From assembly GCA_963761305.1 (NCBI GenBank), contig CAVXGK010000002.1:2464001-2528000 (forward strand): 64,000 nucleotides of DNA. The letters run 5' to 3'. Positions 1 to 12,047 of this stretch are shown here, piece by piece. Every line of letters starts with the position of its first letter. Position 1 is the stretch's first letter. The notes beneath the pieces are model-generated. The model was not told the DNA's origin. It saw nothing but the letters and a program-made list of their open reading frames with translations, and did no database searches. Position numbers and translations under genes: made by a program. Source of the DNA: an uncultured Gemmatimonadaceae bacterium. Lineage in GTDB: Bacteria; Gemmatimonadota; Gemmatimonadetes; Gemmatimonadales; Gemmatimonadaceae.

Positions 1-364
1 GAGCGCGACAGTGTCGGGGCAGGCGGTGTGGGACGACGATTTGGCGCGCGCCGTGAAAGATCTCAAAACGCTGGCGCTCGAGCGCCAGGTCGTCATCGTG
101 ACCACGACGACGATCGCGAGCGCCGGTGCGCGATCGGACCGCCGGCCGCTGCTCGACGACTTCGGCGCCCGCGGCGCGATCAAGGAACACGCCGACGTGG
201 TGATGGCGCTCTTCCGCGAGCACATGTATCAACCGGCGCGCGACATCGAAGGCGCGACGGAGCTGCTGGTGCGGAAGAACCGCAACGGTCCGACGGGCTA
301 CATCGACCTCTATTTCTACGCTCAGTGGATGCGGTTCGAGGATATGCTGGATCCGGAGAGGTGA
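1..364 (+). CDS. DnaB-like helicase C-terminal domain protein (5'-truncated by window; degenerate motifs)
   Basis: Translation DRRPLLDDFGARGAIKEHADVVMALFRE...ELLVRKNRNGPTG matches the DnaB C-terminal pattern (RP.LSDLRESGAIEQDAD...K.RNGPTG) with substitutions. Confidence 0.75.
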   Translation, partial: SATVSGQAVWDDDLARAVKDLKTLALERQVVIVTTTTIASAGARSDRRPLLDDFGARGAIKEHADVVMALFREHMYQPARDIEGATELLVRKNRNGPTGYIDLYFYAQWMRFEDMLDPER

Positions 365-435
365 GGGGTGCGGAGGCGGTGTGCGGAGAAGCGCCGCTAT
401 CTGACGTTGGTCTCCGTACTCCGCCACCGCACCCC
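365..435. repeat. Intergenic imperfect palindrome (GTGCGG family), 25-bp arms
   Basis: 365-389 ggggtgcggaggcggtgtgcggaga pairs with 411-435 tctccgtactccgccaccgcacccc (22/25); 368-390 matches 56861-56883 at 22/23. Confidence 0.85.
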
Positions 436-486
436 GTCCCCGTCGCGACCTATATTTCAGGCCGAACCTTCTGCCCGGTTTGCGCT

Positions 487-1236
487 ATGGCTGGCCACAG
501 CAAATGGAAGCAAATCAAGCACTACAAGGCGGCCACGGACGCCAAGCGCGGCGCGCTGTTCACCAAGCTGATCCGCGAGATCACGATGGCCGCCAAGATC
601 GGCGGCGGGGATCCGGGCGGTAATCCGCGCCTTCGCCTCGCCATCGACACAGCGCGGTCCAACTCGATGCCGAAGGAGAACATCGAGCGCGCGGTCAAGA
701 AGGGGACAGGCGAACTGGAAGGCGTCGACTACCGCGAGGTCACGTACGAAGGTTTCGGTCCGGGCGGCGTCGCCCTGCTGATCGACGCGGTGACCGACAA
801 TCCCACGCGCACCGTCGCCGAAGTCCGCAGCAAGATGACTCGGCTCGGCGGCAACCTCGGCGCGCCGAATTCGGTGGCGTGGATGTTCGAGAAGAAGGGC
901 CAGATCTACGTCGAGGCGTCGACGATCGGCGAAGACGCACTGATGGAAGCGGCGCTCGACGCCGGCGCCGAAGACGTGGCGCGCGAAGACGAGCGATTCC
1001 TCGTGTCGACGGCTCCGCCCGACCTTCATTTAGTGCAAGAGCGACTCGTGAAAGCGGGGATCAAGATCGCCGAAGCCGAGCTGGCGATGGTGCCCAAGAA
1101 CACGGTGAACGTGGGCGGCAAGGACGGCGACGCGTTGCTCAAGCTGCTCGAGACGATCGAAGAGCTCGACGATGTGCAGAAAGTCTGGGCCAACTTCGAC
1201 ATGGACGTGACCGAGATGGCGCGGAGCAACGGGTGA
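487..1236 (+). CDS. yebC: YebC/PmpR family DNA-binding regulator
   Basis: Starts MAGHSKWKQIKHYKA...GGGDPGGNPRLR; YEGFGPGGVA, TDNPTRT; canonical position upstream of ruvC. Confidence 0.97.
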   Translation: MAGHSKWKQIKHYKAATDAKRGALFTKLIREITMAAKIGGGDPGGNPRLRLAIDTARSNSMPKENIERAVKKGTGELEGVDYREVTYEGFGPGGVALLIDAVTDNPTRTVAEVRSKMTRLGGNLGAPNSVAWMFEKKGQIYVEASTIGEDALMEAALDAGAEDVAREDERFLVSTAPPDLHLVQERLVKAGIKIAEAELAMVPKNTVNVGGKDGDALLKLLETIEELDDVQKVWANFDMDVTEMARSNG

Positions 1237-1261
1237 CACGAGTGAGACGCGACTCGGCCCG

Positions 1262-1800
1262 GTGATCGTCCTCGGGATCGATCCGGGCACGGCGAACACC
1301 GGCTACGGTGTCGTGAAGGGGGGGGAGACGGCCCCGACATGGGTTCCGTCTCCCTTGTCGAATGTGGTGTCATCCGAACGAACCCCCGCCACGAGCTCGC
1401 GAGCCGGCTGCGCGACATCCACGAAGGCGTCGTCGAGCTGATCGAGCGGCACAAGCCGAACGCGTTGTGCGTGGAAGACGTCTTCTACGCGAAGAACGTG
1501 CGAACGACCGTGGTGCTCGGACACGCGCGCGGCGTCGTGCTGCTCGCCGGGTGTAGCGCCGGTCTCGAGATCCTCGAGCTTCCACCGGCTGAGATCAAGA
1601 AGGCGATCGTCGGCACGGGCGCGGCGACGAAGGAGCAAGTGCAGTTCATGCTCACGCGCCTGCTGCGGTTGAAATCCGCGCCGCAGCCGACCGACGCGTC
1701 GGACGGCGTCGCGGCGGCGATCGCGGGACTGGTCTCCGCACACCGCCTCCGCACGCTGGCGCGAGTCGCGCCCGGTCTCGCCCGCGGTCTCGCCACATGA
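1262..1800 (+). CDS. ruvC: Holliday junction resolvase RuvC, frameshifted in a G8 tract (1318-1325)
   Basis: GTG 1262 gives VIVLGIDPGTANTGYGVV in one frame; the rest (VEDVFYAKN, GHARGV, GAATKEQVQFM, DASDGVAAA) is in the frame of ORF 1339..1800. Confidence 0.9.
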
Positions 1801-2396
1801 TCTCTCATGTAAGTGGGACGCTGGTCGCCAAAGAGCTGGATCGCGTCGAGATCATGACGGCGGGCGGCGTGGCCTACGAACTGTCGATTCCGCTCAACGT
1901 CTACGAGTCGTTGCCGCGCGCCGGCGAACCCGCGTCGCTGCACACGTATCTCGTCGTGAAGGACGACGGCTGGCAACTGTACGGATTCTCGACGTCGCAC
2001 GAGCGGCGCGTGTTTCAGCGCGTGCTCGACGCCAAGGGTGTGGGCCCTTCTCTCGCGCTGGGCCTGCTGTCGACGCTCACCGCCGACCGCCTCGTTCGCG
2101 CGTTGCGCGACAAGGACTTGGCAACGTTGCAGAGTGTGCCGCGCGTAGGAAGGAAGAAGGCCGAACAACTCATTCTGGATCTCGCCGACAAGCTCGACGA
2201 CCTGCATGTTTCCGCTCCCGGCGGGCGACCGTCAGGCGGAGTACCCGGCGCGGAGGATGGCATTCGCGCGCTCGTGTCGTTGGGCTACTCGACCCCCGAC
2301 GCCGAACGCGCGGTCAAAGCGGCGCTCGACGACGGGGCGCGACCCGGCGACGCGGCGGATCTCATCCGGCGCGCGCTCGGCAAGATTCGAGGCTAA
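1797..2396 (+). CDS. ruvA: Holliday junction branch migration protein RuvA
   Basis: MISHVSGTL, LYGF, GVGPSLAL, VPRVGRKKAEQLILDL, ALVSLGY. Confidence 0.97.
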   Translation: MISHVSGTLVAKELDRVEIMTAGGVAYELSIPLNVYESLPRAGEPASLHTYLVVKDDGWQLYGFSTSHERRVFQRVLDAKGVGPSLALGLLSTLTADRLVRALRDKDLATLQSVPRVGRKKAEQLILDLADKLDDLHVSAPGGRPSGGVPGAEDGIRALVSLGYSTPDAERAVKAALDDGARPGDAADLIRRALGKIRG

Positions 2397-2416
2397 CCGC
2401 AGGACGGAGACGACAC

Positions 2417-3574
2417 GTGCTCGCAGCTCGACGAACCTCGACGTTCACCGAATCCGTGATCCGCGAAATGACGCGGATCGCCGCCATGCACAACGCCGTG
2501 AACCTGGCGCAGGGATTTCCCGACTTCCCGATGCCCGACGCCATGAAAGCCGCTGCCTGCGCGGCGATCAACGGCGACATCAACCAGTACGCGGTCACGT
2601 GGGGCGCGCCGGTGCTGCGGCAAGCGATCGCCGAGAAGTACCGCCGCTTCTATGACATGGAAGTCGATCCCGATCGCGACGTGACGGTGACGTGCGGAGC
2701 GACGGAGGCGATGGCGTCGGTGTTCATGGCGCTGATGGACCCGGGCGATGAAGTGATCATCCCCGAGCCGTTTTACGAGAACTATGGTCCGGACGCGATT
2801 CTGGCGGGCGCGAAGCCGGTGTTCGTGCCGATGGAGCGTCCCGACTGGACGTTCGATCCCGACCGTCTGCGCAAGGCGTTCACCTCGCGCACGAAGGCGA
2901 TCATCGTCAACACGCCGCACAACCCGACGGGCCGCGTGCTGACGCGCGAAGAGATGTCGATGATCGCGAACCTGTGCGTCGAACACAACGCATGGGCGAT
3001 CACCGACGCGCCGTACGAGCACATGATCTACAAGGGCCATCACCACGAGATCGCGACGTGGCCCGGCATGCGCGAGCGGACGATCACGATCTCGTCGCTC
3101 TCGAAGACGTACAGCTGCACCGGCTGGCGCATCGGCTGGATCATCGCGCCGCCCGCGCAGACGGGGCCGATTCGCAAGGTCCACGACTTTCTCACCGTCG
3201 GCGCGCCGGCGCCTCTCCAAACCGCTGCCGCCGTCGGCTTCGCGTTCGGGCCCGACTACTACAACGAGTTCTCCGCGAACTACAAGCACCGCCGTGACTT
3301 CCTGTGCAACGTGCTGCGCGAACAAGGATTCGAGTTCGCGACCCCCGAGGGAGCGTACTTCGTGCTCGCCGACTTCTCCAAGATCAGCGATCTCGATGAC
3401 GTCACGTTCGCCAAGTGGATGACCGCGGAGATCGGCGTCGCCACCGTGCCCGGGTCGAGCTTCTACTCGAACAAGGAAGACGGACGGAGCTTCACCCGCT
3501 TCGCGTTCTGTAAAAAGCAATCGACGCTCGACGATGCGGCCGAACGGCTCTCGCGATTGCGGGCAACCGTGTAG
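2417..3574 (+). CDS. PLP-dependent class I/II aminotransferase
   Basis: NLAQGFPDF, VTCGATEA, NTPHNPTG, SLSKTYSCTGWRIGW (PLP lysine), RFAFCK. Confidence 0.95.
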   Translation: MLAARRTSTFTESVIREMTRIAAMHNAVNLAQGFPDFPMPDAMKAAACAAINGDINQYAVTWGAPVLRQAIAEKYRRFYDMEVDPDRDVTVTCGATEAMASVFMALMDPGDEVIIPEPFYENYGPDAILAGAKPVFVPMERPDWTFDPDRLRKAFTSRTKAIIVNTPHNPTGRVLTREEMSMIANLCVEHNAWAITDAPYEHMIYKGHHHEIATWPGMRERTITISSLSKTYSCTGWRIGWIIAPPAQTGPIRKVHDFLTVGAPAPLQTAAAVGFAFGPDYYNEFSANYKHRRDFLCNVLREQGFEFATPEGAYFVLADFSKISDLDDVTFAKWMTAEIGVATVPGSSFYSNKEDGRSFTRFAFCKKQSTLDDAAERLSRLRATV

Positions 3575-3587
3575 GGCCGGTAACTGC

Positions 3588-3829
3588 AACTGCTTCAACG
3601 CAGAGGCGCAGAGACGCAGAGGACGGCCGCGGAGGCCAGCTTCTTCGCGCAACGAGCCGGGATGTTTTTGTTGAAAGCCGCTCGGGAAGCCTCGGCGCGA
3701 CGCCTCAAGCCTCCACGGAATTCGTAGCTTCCCGAGCGGCTGTTCCCCAAAGAGTCCCGGCTCGTTGCGCGACGAAGGTAGCCTCTGCGGCCCCTCTCTG
3801 CGGCTCTGCGCCTCTGCGGTGAAGCAGTT
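3588..3829. repeat. Long imperfect palindrome, ~103-bp arms and ~36-nt loop, with CGCAGAG 8-nt periodic sub-repeats
   Basis: 3588-3690 (aactgcttcaacgcagaggcgcagagacgcagag...gccgctcgggaagc) is the approximate reverse complement of 3727-3829 (gcttcccgagcggc...ctctgcgcctctgcggtgaagcagtt). Confidence 0.92.
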
Positions 3830-3896
3830 CGAGAGCTGGCCCAATAGAGTGGCCCGCGAGGCGCTTACGGCAACTCTTCGGGTATATTAGAAGCCA

Positions 3897-4922
3897 ATGT
3901 CGCGCGCCGAGATCACCACGCCCGAGGTGCTCGTCGACGAATCCGTCGTCGAGCTGTCGCTGCGACCGCAGCGGCTGTCGGAGTTCATCGGCCAGGACAA
4001 GGTGAAGGACGCGCTGCGGATCTACATCGACGCCGCGCTCCAGCGCCGCGAGCCGCTCGACCACACGCTCTTCTTCGGGCCGCCCGGACTCGGCAAGACG
4101 ACGCTCGCCGAGCTGATCGCGCGCGAGCTGGGCGTGAACATCCATACGAGCTCGGGGCCCGCGCTCGAGAAACCGGGCGACCTCGTGTCGACGCTCACCA
4201 ACCTTCGGCGCGGCGACATCCTGTTCATCGACGAGATCCATCGACTGCGGCCGATCATCGAAGAATTTCTCTATCCGGCGATGGAGGACTACAAGATCGA
4301 GATCCGGCTCGGCGACGGACCGAAGGCGAACACGGTGACGATGGAGATCGAGGAGTTCACACTCGTCGGCGCGACGACTCGGCTCGGCATGCTCACCGCG
4401 CCGATGCGCGCGCGCTTCGGCATCGAGCAGCGGCTCAACTTCTATCCGGCGGACGATCTCGAGCTGATCGTCCAACGCACCGCCGACGTGCTCAAGGTGG
4501 ACGTGCATCCGGCCGGCGCGAATGAGATCGCGCGACGTGCACGCGGAACGCCTCGCGTCGCCAACCGCCTGCTGCGCCGAGTGCGGGACTTCGCGCAGGT
4601 GCGCGGCAACGGTGTCGTCACCAAAGCGATCGCCGATCAGGCGCTGTCGATGCTCGACGTCGACGCGTTCGGGCTCGACGACATGGACTCGCGCATCCTG
4701 CGCACGATCATCGAGAAGTTCGACGGCGGCCCGGTCGGACTCAACACGATCGCCGTCGCCATCGGCGAGGACGCGAACACGATCGAAGAGGTGTACGAGC
4801 CGTTCCTGGTGCAGCACGGATTCCTGCAGCGGACGCCGCGCGGCCGAACGGCTACGCGGGCGGCATACGAACACTTCGGAATCGTCGCCCCCGGGGCGAC
4901 GGGGCAAGCTACGCTCTTTTAG
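3897..4922 (+). CDS. ruvB: Holliday junction branch migration helicase RuvB
   Basis: [59 protein letters not shown]. Confidence 0.98.
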   Translation: MSRAEITTPEVLVDESVVELSLRPQRLSEFIGQDKVKDALRIYIDAALQRREPLDHTLFFGPPGLGKTTLAELIARELGVNIHTSSGPALEKPGDLVSTLTNLRRGDILFIDEIHRLRPIIEEFLYPAMEDYKIEIRLGDGPKANTVTMEIEEFTLVGATTRLGMLTAPMRARFGIEQRLNFYPADDLELIVQRTADVLKVDVHPAGANEIARRARGTPRVANRLLRRVRDFAQVRGNGVVTKAIADQALSMLDVDAFGLDDMDSRILRTIIEKFDGGPVGLNTIAVAIGEDANTIEEVYEPFLVQHGFLQRTPRGRTATRAAYEHFGIVAPGATGQATLF

Positions 4923-4980
4923 TAGCCCCGAACGGCCTCGGGCTGGCTTCTCGCGGCTGGCGAGCGTCGCGGATCGGGAA

Positions 4981-5111
4981 GCGAGCCTAGCCTCGAGCAG
5001 GGAGCTCGAGCAGGAGCAGTGAGCAATAGAGCCGGAAGCGACGCGTCAAACTCGAGTGACGGTGGCCGGCTCAAAGCTCATGCTTAAGCTCATGCTCGCG
5101 GCTCGGCTCGC
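4981..5111. repeat. Intergenic imperfect palindrome with GAGC 6-7-nt periodic arms
   Basis: 4981-5035 gcgagcctagcctcgagcagggagctcgagcaggagc...gagccgg vs 5066-5111 ccggctcaaagctcatgcttaagctcatgctcgcggctcggctcgc. Confidence 0.75.
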
Positions 5112-5168
5112 GCCAACGGCCGAGATGTCTGTTCAAACCCTCGACACCCGAACGTCAAGCTCGCCCAA

Positions 5169-7772
<2,604 letters not shown>

Positions 7773-7776
<4 letters not shown>

Positions 7777-8333
7777 GCGTGCTCGACATTCGGGTCCTCG
7801 GCGACCCGGTGCTGCGCGAAGAAACAAAGCCCGTTGCCGCCGTCACCGACGAGTTGCGCGAGCTGGTGAAGAACATGTTCGAGACGATGGACCTCGCCAA
7901 AGGGATCGGGCTCGCCGCGCCGCAGGTCGGGCGCACCGAGCGCGTCGCCGTGATCGGCGTCGACGACGCTCGCTTCGTGATCATCAACCCCGAGATCGTA
8001 GACGCCGATCCCAAGCGCGCCAAAGCCGAGGAGGGCTGTCTTTCGATCCCCGACGTGTACGGCGACGTGGAGCGTCCGGCGCGCGTGAGGGTCCGCGCCA
8101 CGGATCTCGAAGGCCGCACGTTCGAGGTCGAGGCGGGCGAGCTGCTCGCGCGCTGCCTGCAGCACGAGATCGACCACCTGCACGGCAAGCTCTTCGTCGA
8201 CTACCTCAGCATCTTGAAACGGCGCTCGGCGATGGCGAAGTGGGCGAAGGAGAAGGACAAGTATCCGGGGTTCATCAGAAAACTCGAAACCGACCCGTCG
8301 AAGAATCACGAGCACCCCGACGAGGAGCTGTGA
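7773..8333 (+). CDS. def: Peptide deformylase
   Basis: GIGLAAPQVG, EGCLS, QHEIDHLHG. Confidence 0.98.
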
Positions 8334-9299
8334 GTGCGCGTGCTCTTCTGGGGCACGCCCGACTTCGCGCTGCCGCCGCTGCGCGCGCTGCTCGGTGAAG
8401 GATTCGACGTCGTCGGCGTCGTCACGCAGCCGGACCGCCCCGTAGGACGATCGCGTTCGACGCTCGAGCCGCCGCCGGTGAAACGCGTCGCGGCGGCGGA
8501 AGCGATTCCGGTGCTCCAGCCGGACCGTCCGCGCGGCGACGAGTTCATGGCCCAACTGCGCGAGCTGAATCCGGACATCTCCGTCGTCGTCGCCTACGGA
8601 CACATCCTGTCGCAGGCGCTCATCGATCTGCCGTCGCGCGGCACGATCAACATCCACGCGTCGTTGCTGCCGCTCCTTCGCGGAGCGGCGCCCATCGAGG
8701 CGGCGATCCGCGAAGGCCACGCCGAGGCCGGTGTGACGATCATGCGCATGGTGAAAGCGCTCGACGCCGGACCATCGATCCTCCAGGTGCCGACGCCGAT
8801 CGCCGATGACGAAACCTGCGGCGAGCTGCGGCTGCGCCTGTCGGAGCTCGGCGCGTTGGCACTCATCGAAGCGCTGGCGCTGATCGAGCTGGAGCGCGCC
8901 GAGGAAGTGCCGCAAGACGATTCGCGAGCCACGTACGCGCCGAAGATCGATCGCACGATGACGCGCATCGACTGGAATGCCGATGCGGCGGCCGTGTCGC
9001 GCATCGTGCGCGCCTACGACCCGCGCCCGGGTGCCTACGCCGTCCGTTCGACAGGCGACGCCAACAGCGAGGTCAAGCTCTTCGGCGCGCGCCTGTCCGC
9101 GCGCGAGACCGACCGGCTGCCGGGTGAGATCCTGGCCATCGATGACGAGGGGATGACGGTCTCCTGCGGACCGGCGGCGAATCGGGGCCAACGGGCGGCC
9201 GTGCAAATCGCAAGCGTTCAACCTGCCGGAAAGCGACCCATGTCGCCGCGCGAGTGGGCCAGCGGCAGGGGCATCGCCGTGGGCGAGCGGCTATCTTAA
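8334..9299 (+). CDS. fmt: Methionyl-tRNA formyltransferase
   Basis: FWGTPDFA, VVTQPDRP, VVAYG, INIHASLLP, LDAG; follows def. Confidence 0.97.
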   Translation: MRVLFWGTPDFALPPLRALLGEGFDVVGVVTQPDRPVGRSRSTLEPPPVKRVAAAEAIPVLQPDRPRGDEFMAQLRELNPDISVVVAYGHILSQALIDLPSRGTINIHASLLPLLRGAAPIEAAIREGHAEAGVTIMRMVKALDAGPSILQVPTPIADDETCGELRLRLSELGALALIEALALIELERAEEVPQDDSRATYAPKIDRTMTRIDWNADAAAVSRIVRAYDPRPGAYAVRSTGDANSEVKLFGARLSARETDRLPGEILAIDDEGMTVSCGPAANRGQRAAVQIASVQPAGKRPMSPREWASGRGIAVGERLS

Positions 9300-9304
9300 G
9301 CACC

Positions 9305-10798
9305 ATGCCTGGCGCAGATCCGCACCGATCGCCCGCCGCTCCCTCCAGCGGTGGTGAACCCGGCGTCGTTGGTGACGGTGGACTTGCCGTCCACGCGGAC
9401 GACACCCGGATGGGAGCAATCACGCCCAACGCGCTGCGCAAGCCGGCGTCGCCGAGCGTGACCGACGCGCGACGCGCCGTGGCCGACGTGTGCACGGACC
9501 TGCGCTCCGGCGACCTGCTGGACTTCACGTTCGACCGGCGCACGAGCCGCCTGGATGGACGCGATCGTCGCTGGGCGCGCGAGCTGCTGTACGGCATGCT
9601 GCGTCGCCGCGCGTGGATCGACGCGCATCTGGACGCGCGAGTGCGCGGCGGCCTCGCGCGGCTCGATCCCGATCTCCTCGACCTCCTCCGACTCGGCGCC
9701 GCGCAGCTTCTGTACATGGAGAGCGTGCCGGCCTACGCGGCGATCGCGCAGACGGTCGAGCTGGCCAAGCAGCGGCACGGCATGGGGGCGAGCAAGCTCG
9801 CCAACGCGGTGCTGCGGCGCCTCGACCGCGAGCATGAATCGCTCTCGCTCCCGGTGCTGACGGACATGCCGAGCGCGCTGGCGCTCGCCGGATCGCATCC
9901 GCGCTGGCTCGTCGTTCGGTGGCTCGAGCGCTATGGCGCCGACGACACCCGACGTCTGCTCGACGCCAACAACCGCGAGGCGCCGCTCGTGGCGCGGCCG
10001 TATCACGTCGTGCGCGAGCAGCTCGAGGCGATGCTCGAGACGGCGGGCATTCACGTGGACGACGCGCCGCTCGTGCGCGACAGCATTCTTCTGTCGAGCC
10101 CGGTCTCGTCGCTCACCGAGCTTGGCGCGTTTCGTCAGGGGCTGTTCCACATTCAGGATCCGGCGTCCACGCTGGTCGCGCAGTACGCGTGCGCGCCGAC
10201 CGGCGCCGTCGTCGCCGACATCTGCGCCGCTCCAGGTGGAAAGTCGATCGAGCTGTCACGGACCGCGTCGCTCGTGCTGTCGAGTGATTCGTCGCTGCCC
10301 CGATTGCAGCGCGTCGTCGAGAACGCGCACCGGTTGGAAATCGCGTCGCTCGCGCCGTACGTGGCCGACGCGCGCCATCCCGCGATCAAGCCCGTGGATC
10401 TCGTGCTCGTCGACGCGCCATGCACCGGCACGGGCACGTTCCGCCGTCATCCCGACGCGCGTTGGCGTCTCAAGATCTCCGACATCGCCGTGATGGCGTC
10501 GCTGCAGCGCGCCATCCTGCGCTCCGCGGCGACTGCCGTGCGCATCGGCGGACTGCTCGTGTACAGCACGTGCTCGATCGAGCCGGAAGAGAACGACGAG
10601 CAGATCGATCAGTTCCTCGCCGAACATCCGGGGTGGCGTCTCGAGCCGCCGCCGGAAGGCGTCGTGCCCGCCGCGGTGCTCGATCGCGGACGATTGCGTG
10701 TGTTGCCGCACGTGCACGGAACGGACGGCGCGTTCGCCGCGCGGTTGCGCAACGTCGGCAGCGCGGAACCTGTAGCGGGGACGGGGCGCGGCGAGTGA
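9305..10798 (+). CDS. rsmB: 16S rRNA m5C967 methyltransferase RsmB (start uncertain, may be later)
   Basis: NusB-like N-domain (ELLYGMLR, LANAVLR), SHPRWL, IQD, DICAAPGGKS, VDAPCTGTG, YSTCS, TDGAF. Confidence 0.93.
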   Translation: MPGADPHRSPAAPSSGGEPGVVGDGGLAVHADDTRMGAITPNALRKPASPSVTDARRAVADVCTDLRSGDLLDFTFDRRTSRLDGRDRRWARELLYGMLRRRAWIDAHLDARVRGGLARLDPDLLDLLRLGAAQLLYMESVPAYAAIAQTVELAKQRHGMGASKLANAVLRRLDREHESLSLPVLTDMPSALALAGSHPRWLVVRWLERYGADDTRRLLDANNREAPLVARPYHVVREQLEAMLETAGIHVDDAPLVRDSILLSSPVSSLTELGAFRQGLFHIQDPASTLVAQYACAPTGAVVADICAAPGGKSIELSRTASLVLSSDSSLPRLQRVVENAHRLEIASLAPYVADARHPAIKPVDLVLVDAPCTGTGTFRRHPDARWRLKISDIAVMASLQRAILRSAATAVRIGGLLVYSTCSIEPEENDEQIDQFLAEHPGWRLEPPPEGVVPAAVLDRGRLRVLPHVHGTDGAFAARLRNVGSAEPVAGTGRGE

Positions 10799-11460
10799 GC
10801 GTTCGGATCGTCCCCTCCATCCTCAGCGCCGATTTCGCGCGGCTGGGCGAACAAATTGCGACGGTGGTTGCGGGCGGGGCAGACTGGATTCATATCGACG
10901 TCATGGACGGCCGCTTCGTTCCGAACATCACCTACGGCGCGAAAGTCATCGAGACGGTGCGCAAGCTGACGACGCTGCCGCTCGACGTGCATCTGATGGT
11001 CGTCGAGCCGGAAAACTTCTTCGACGATTTCGCGTCGGCCGGCGCGAACGGGATGACCGTGCACACCGAAGTCTCGCCGCATCTCCACCGGCAGCTCGAT
11101 CGCATTCGTGAGCTCGGCTGTCGCGCCGGCGCGGCGATCAACCCGTCGACGCCGCTCAGTGCGGTGCGCGAAGTGATTCCCGAGCTCGATTTGCTGCTGG
11201 TGATGACGGTGAACCCGGGCTTCGGCGCGCAGAAGTTCATTCCGTACTCGATCGACAAGGTGCGACGCGCGCGCGCGATGCTGAGCGAGGCGAAGAGCCG
11301 GGCGGCACTCGAGGTGGACGGCGGGATCGGTCGCGACACGGTCCACGACGTGTGGGCCGCCGGCGCGGACACGTTCGTCGCCGGCAACGCGGTCTTCTGC
11401 GCGCCCGACCCCAAGGCCGAAATCGCCGCGCTGCGGTCGCTATGTGGAGTGACCGTATGA
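10795..11460 (+). CDS. rpe: Ribulose-phosphate 3-epimerase
   Basis: PSILSADF, HIDVMDGRFVPN, DVHLM, MTVNPGFG, EVDGG. Confidence 0.97.
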   Translation: MSVRIVPSILSADFARLGEQIATVVAGGADWIHIDVMDGRFVPNITYGAKVIETVRKLTTLPLDVHLMVVEPENFFDDFASAGANGMTVHTEVSPHLHRQLDRIRELGCRAGAAINPSTPLSAVREVIPELDLLLVMTVNPGFGAQKFIPYSIDKVRRARAMLSEAKSRAALEVDGGIGRDTVHDVWAAGADTFVAGNAVFCAPDPKAEIAALRSLCGVTV

Positions 11461-12032
11461 CGGCGCGAAAGCAGTGGACGATCGTGGCGATCATCGTCGC
11501 CGTGCTCGGCGGCGGGATGGCGGCTGCGTCACACTTCTTGAAAGACCAGCTCTTCCCCGTCACCGAAGGCTCCGACGCGCCGAACTTCCGCGCGAAGGTG
11601 CTCGGCGAGAATCGCTACAAGACGCTGGCCGACTACAAGGGCCAGGTCGTGCTGCTCAACATCTGGGCGACGTGGTGCGGACCCTGCCAGGTCGAGATCC
11701 CGAGCCTCGAGCGGCTGTACAAGGCGTACGGCGACAGTGGACTCAAGCTCGTCGCCGTGAGCATCGACGACTACGTGGGTGAAGATTCGATTCGCGCGTT
11801 CGCCAAACATTTCGGCGTGACGTTCGAGGTGTTGCACGACTCTACGCACTCGATCGAGCGCGAGTATCAGGCGACGGGCTACCCCGAGACGTTCATCATC
11901 GGAAAGGAAGGCTCGATCCGCCGCAAGTGGATCGGCCCCGACGACTGGAGCTCGCCCGGCAACCGCGCGCTCATCGCGCAGCTGCTCGGCTTGGAAAAGC
12001 CCAAGAGCGTCGCGAATAGCGGCGACCGCTGA
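11457..12032 (+). CDS. TlpA/ResA family thiol-disulfide oxidoreductase
   Basis: N-terminal TM anchor, LLNIWATWCGPC, GYPETFII. Confidence 0.93.
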   Translation: MTARKQWTIVAIIVAVLGGGMAAASHFLKDQLFPVTEGSDAPNFRAKVLGENRYKTLADYKGQVVLLNIWATWCGPCQVEIPSLERLYKAYGDSGLKLVAVSIDDYVGEDSIRAFAKHFGVTFEVLHDSTHSIEREYQATGYPETFIIGKEGSIRRKWIGPDDWSSPGNRALIAQLLGLEKPKSVANSGDR

Positions 12033-12047
12033 GCGGAGCGCGTTCCG

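Noticed and set aside
28..486. 153-aa N-terminal extension of YebC
   Set aside because: It overlaps the DnaB-like gene and a palindrome; the family starts at MAGHSKW (487).
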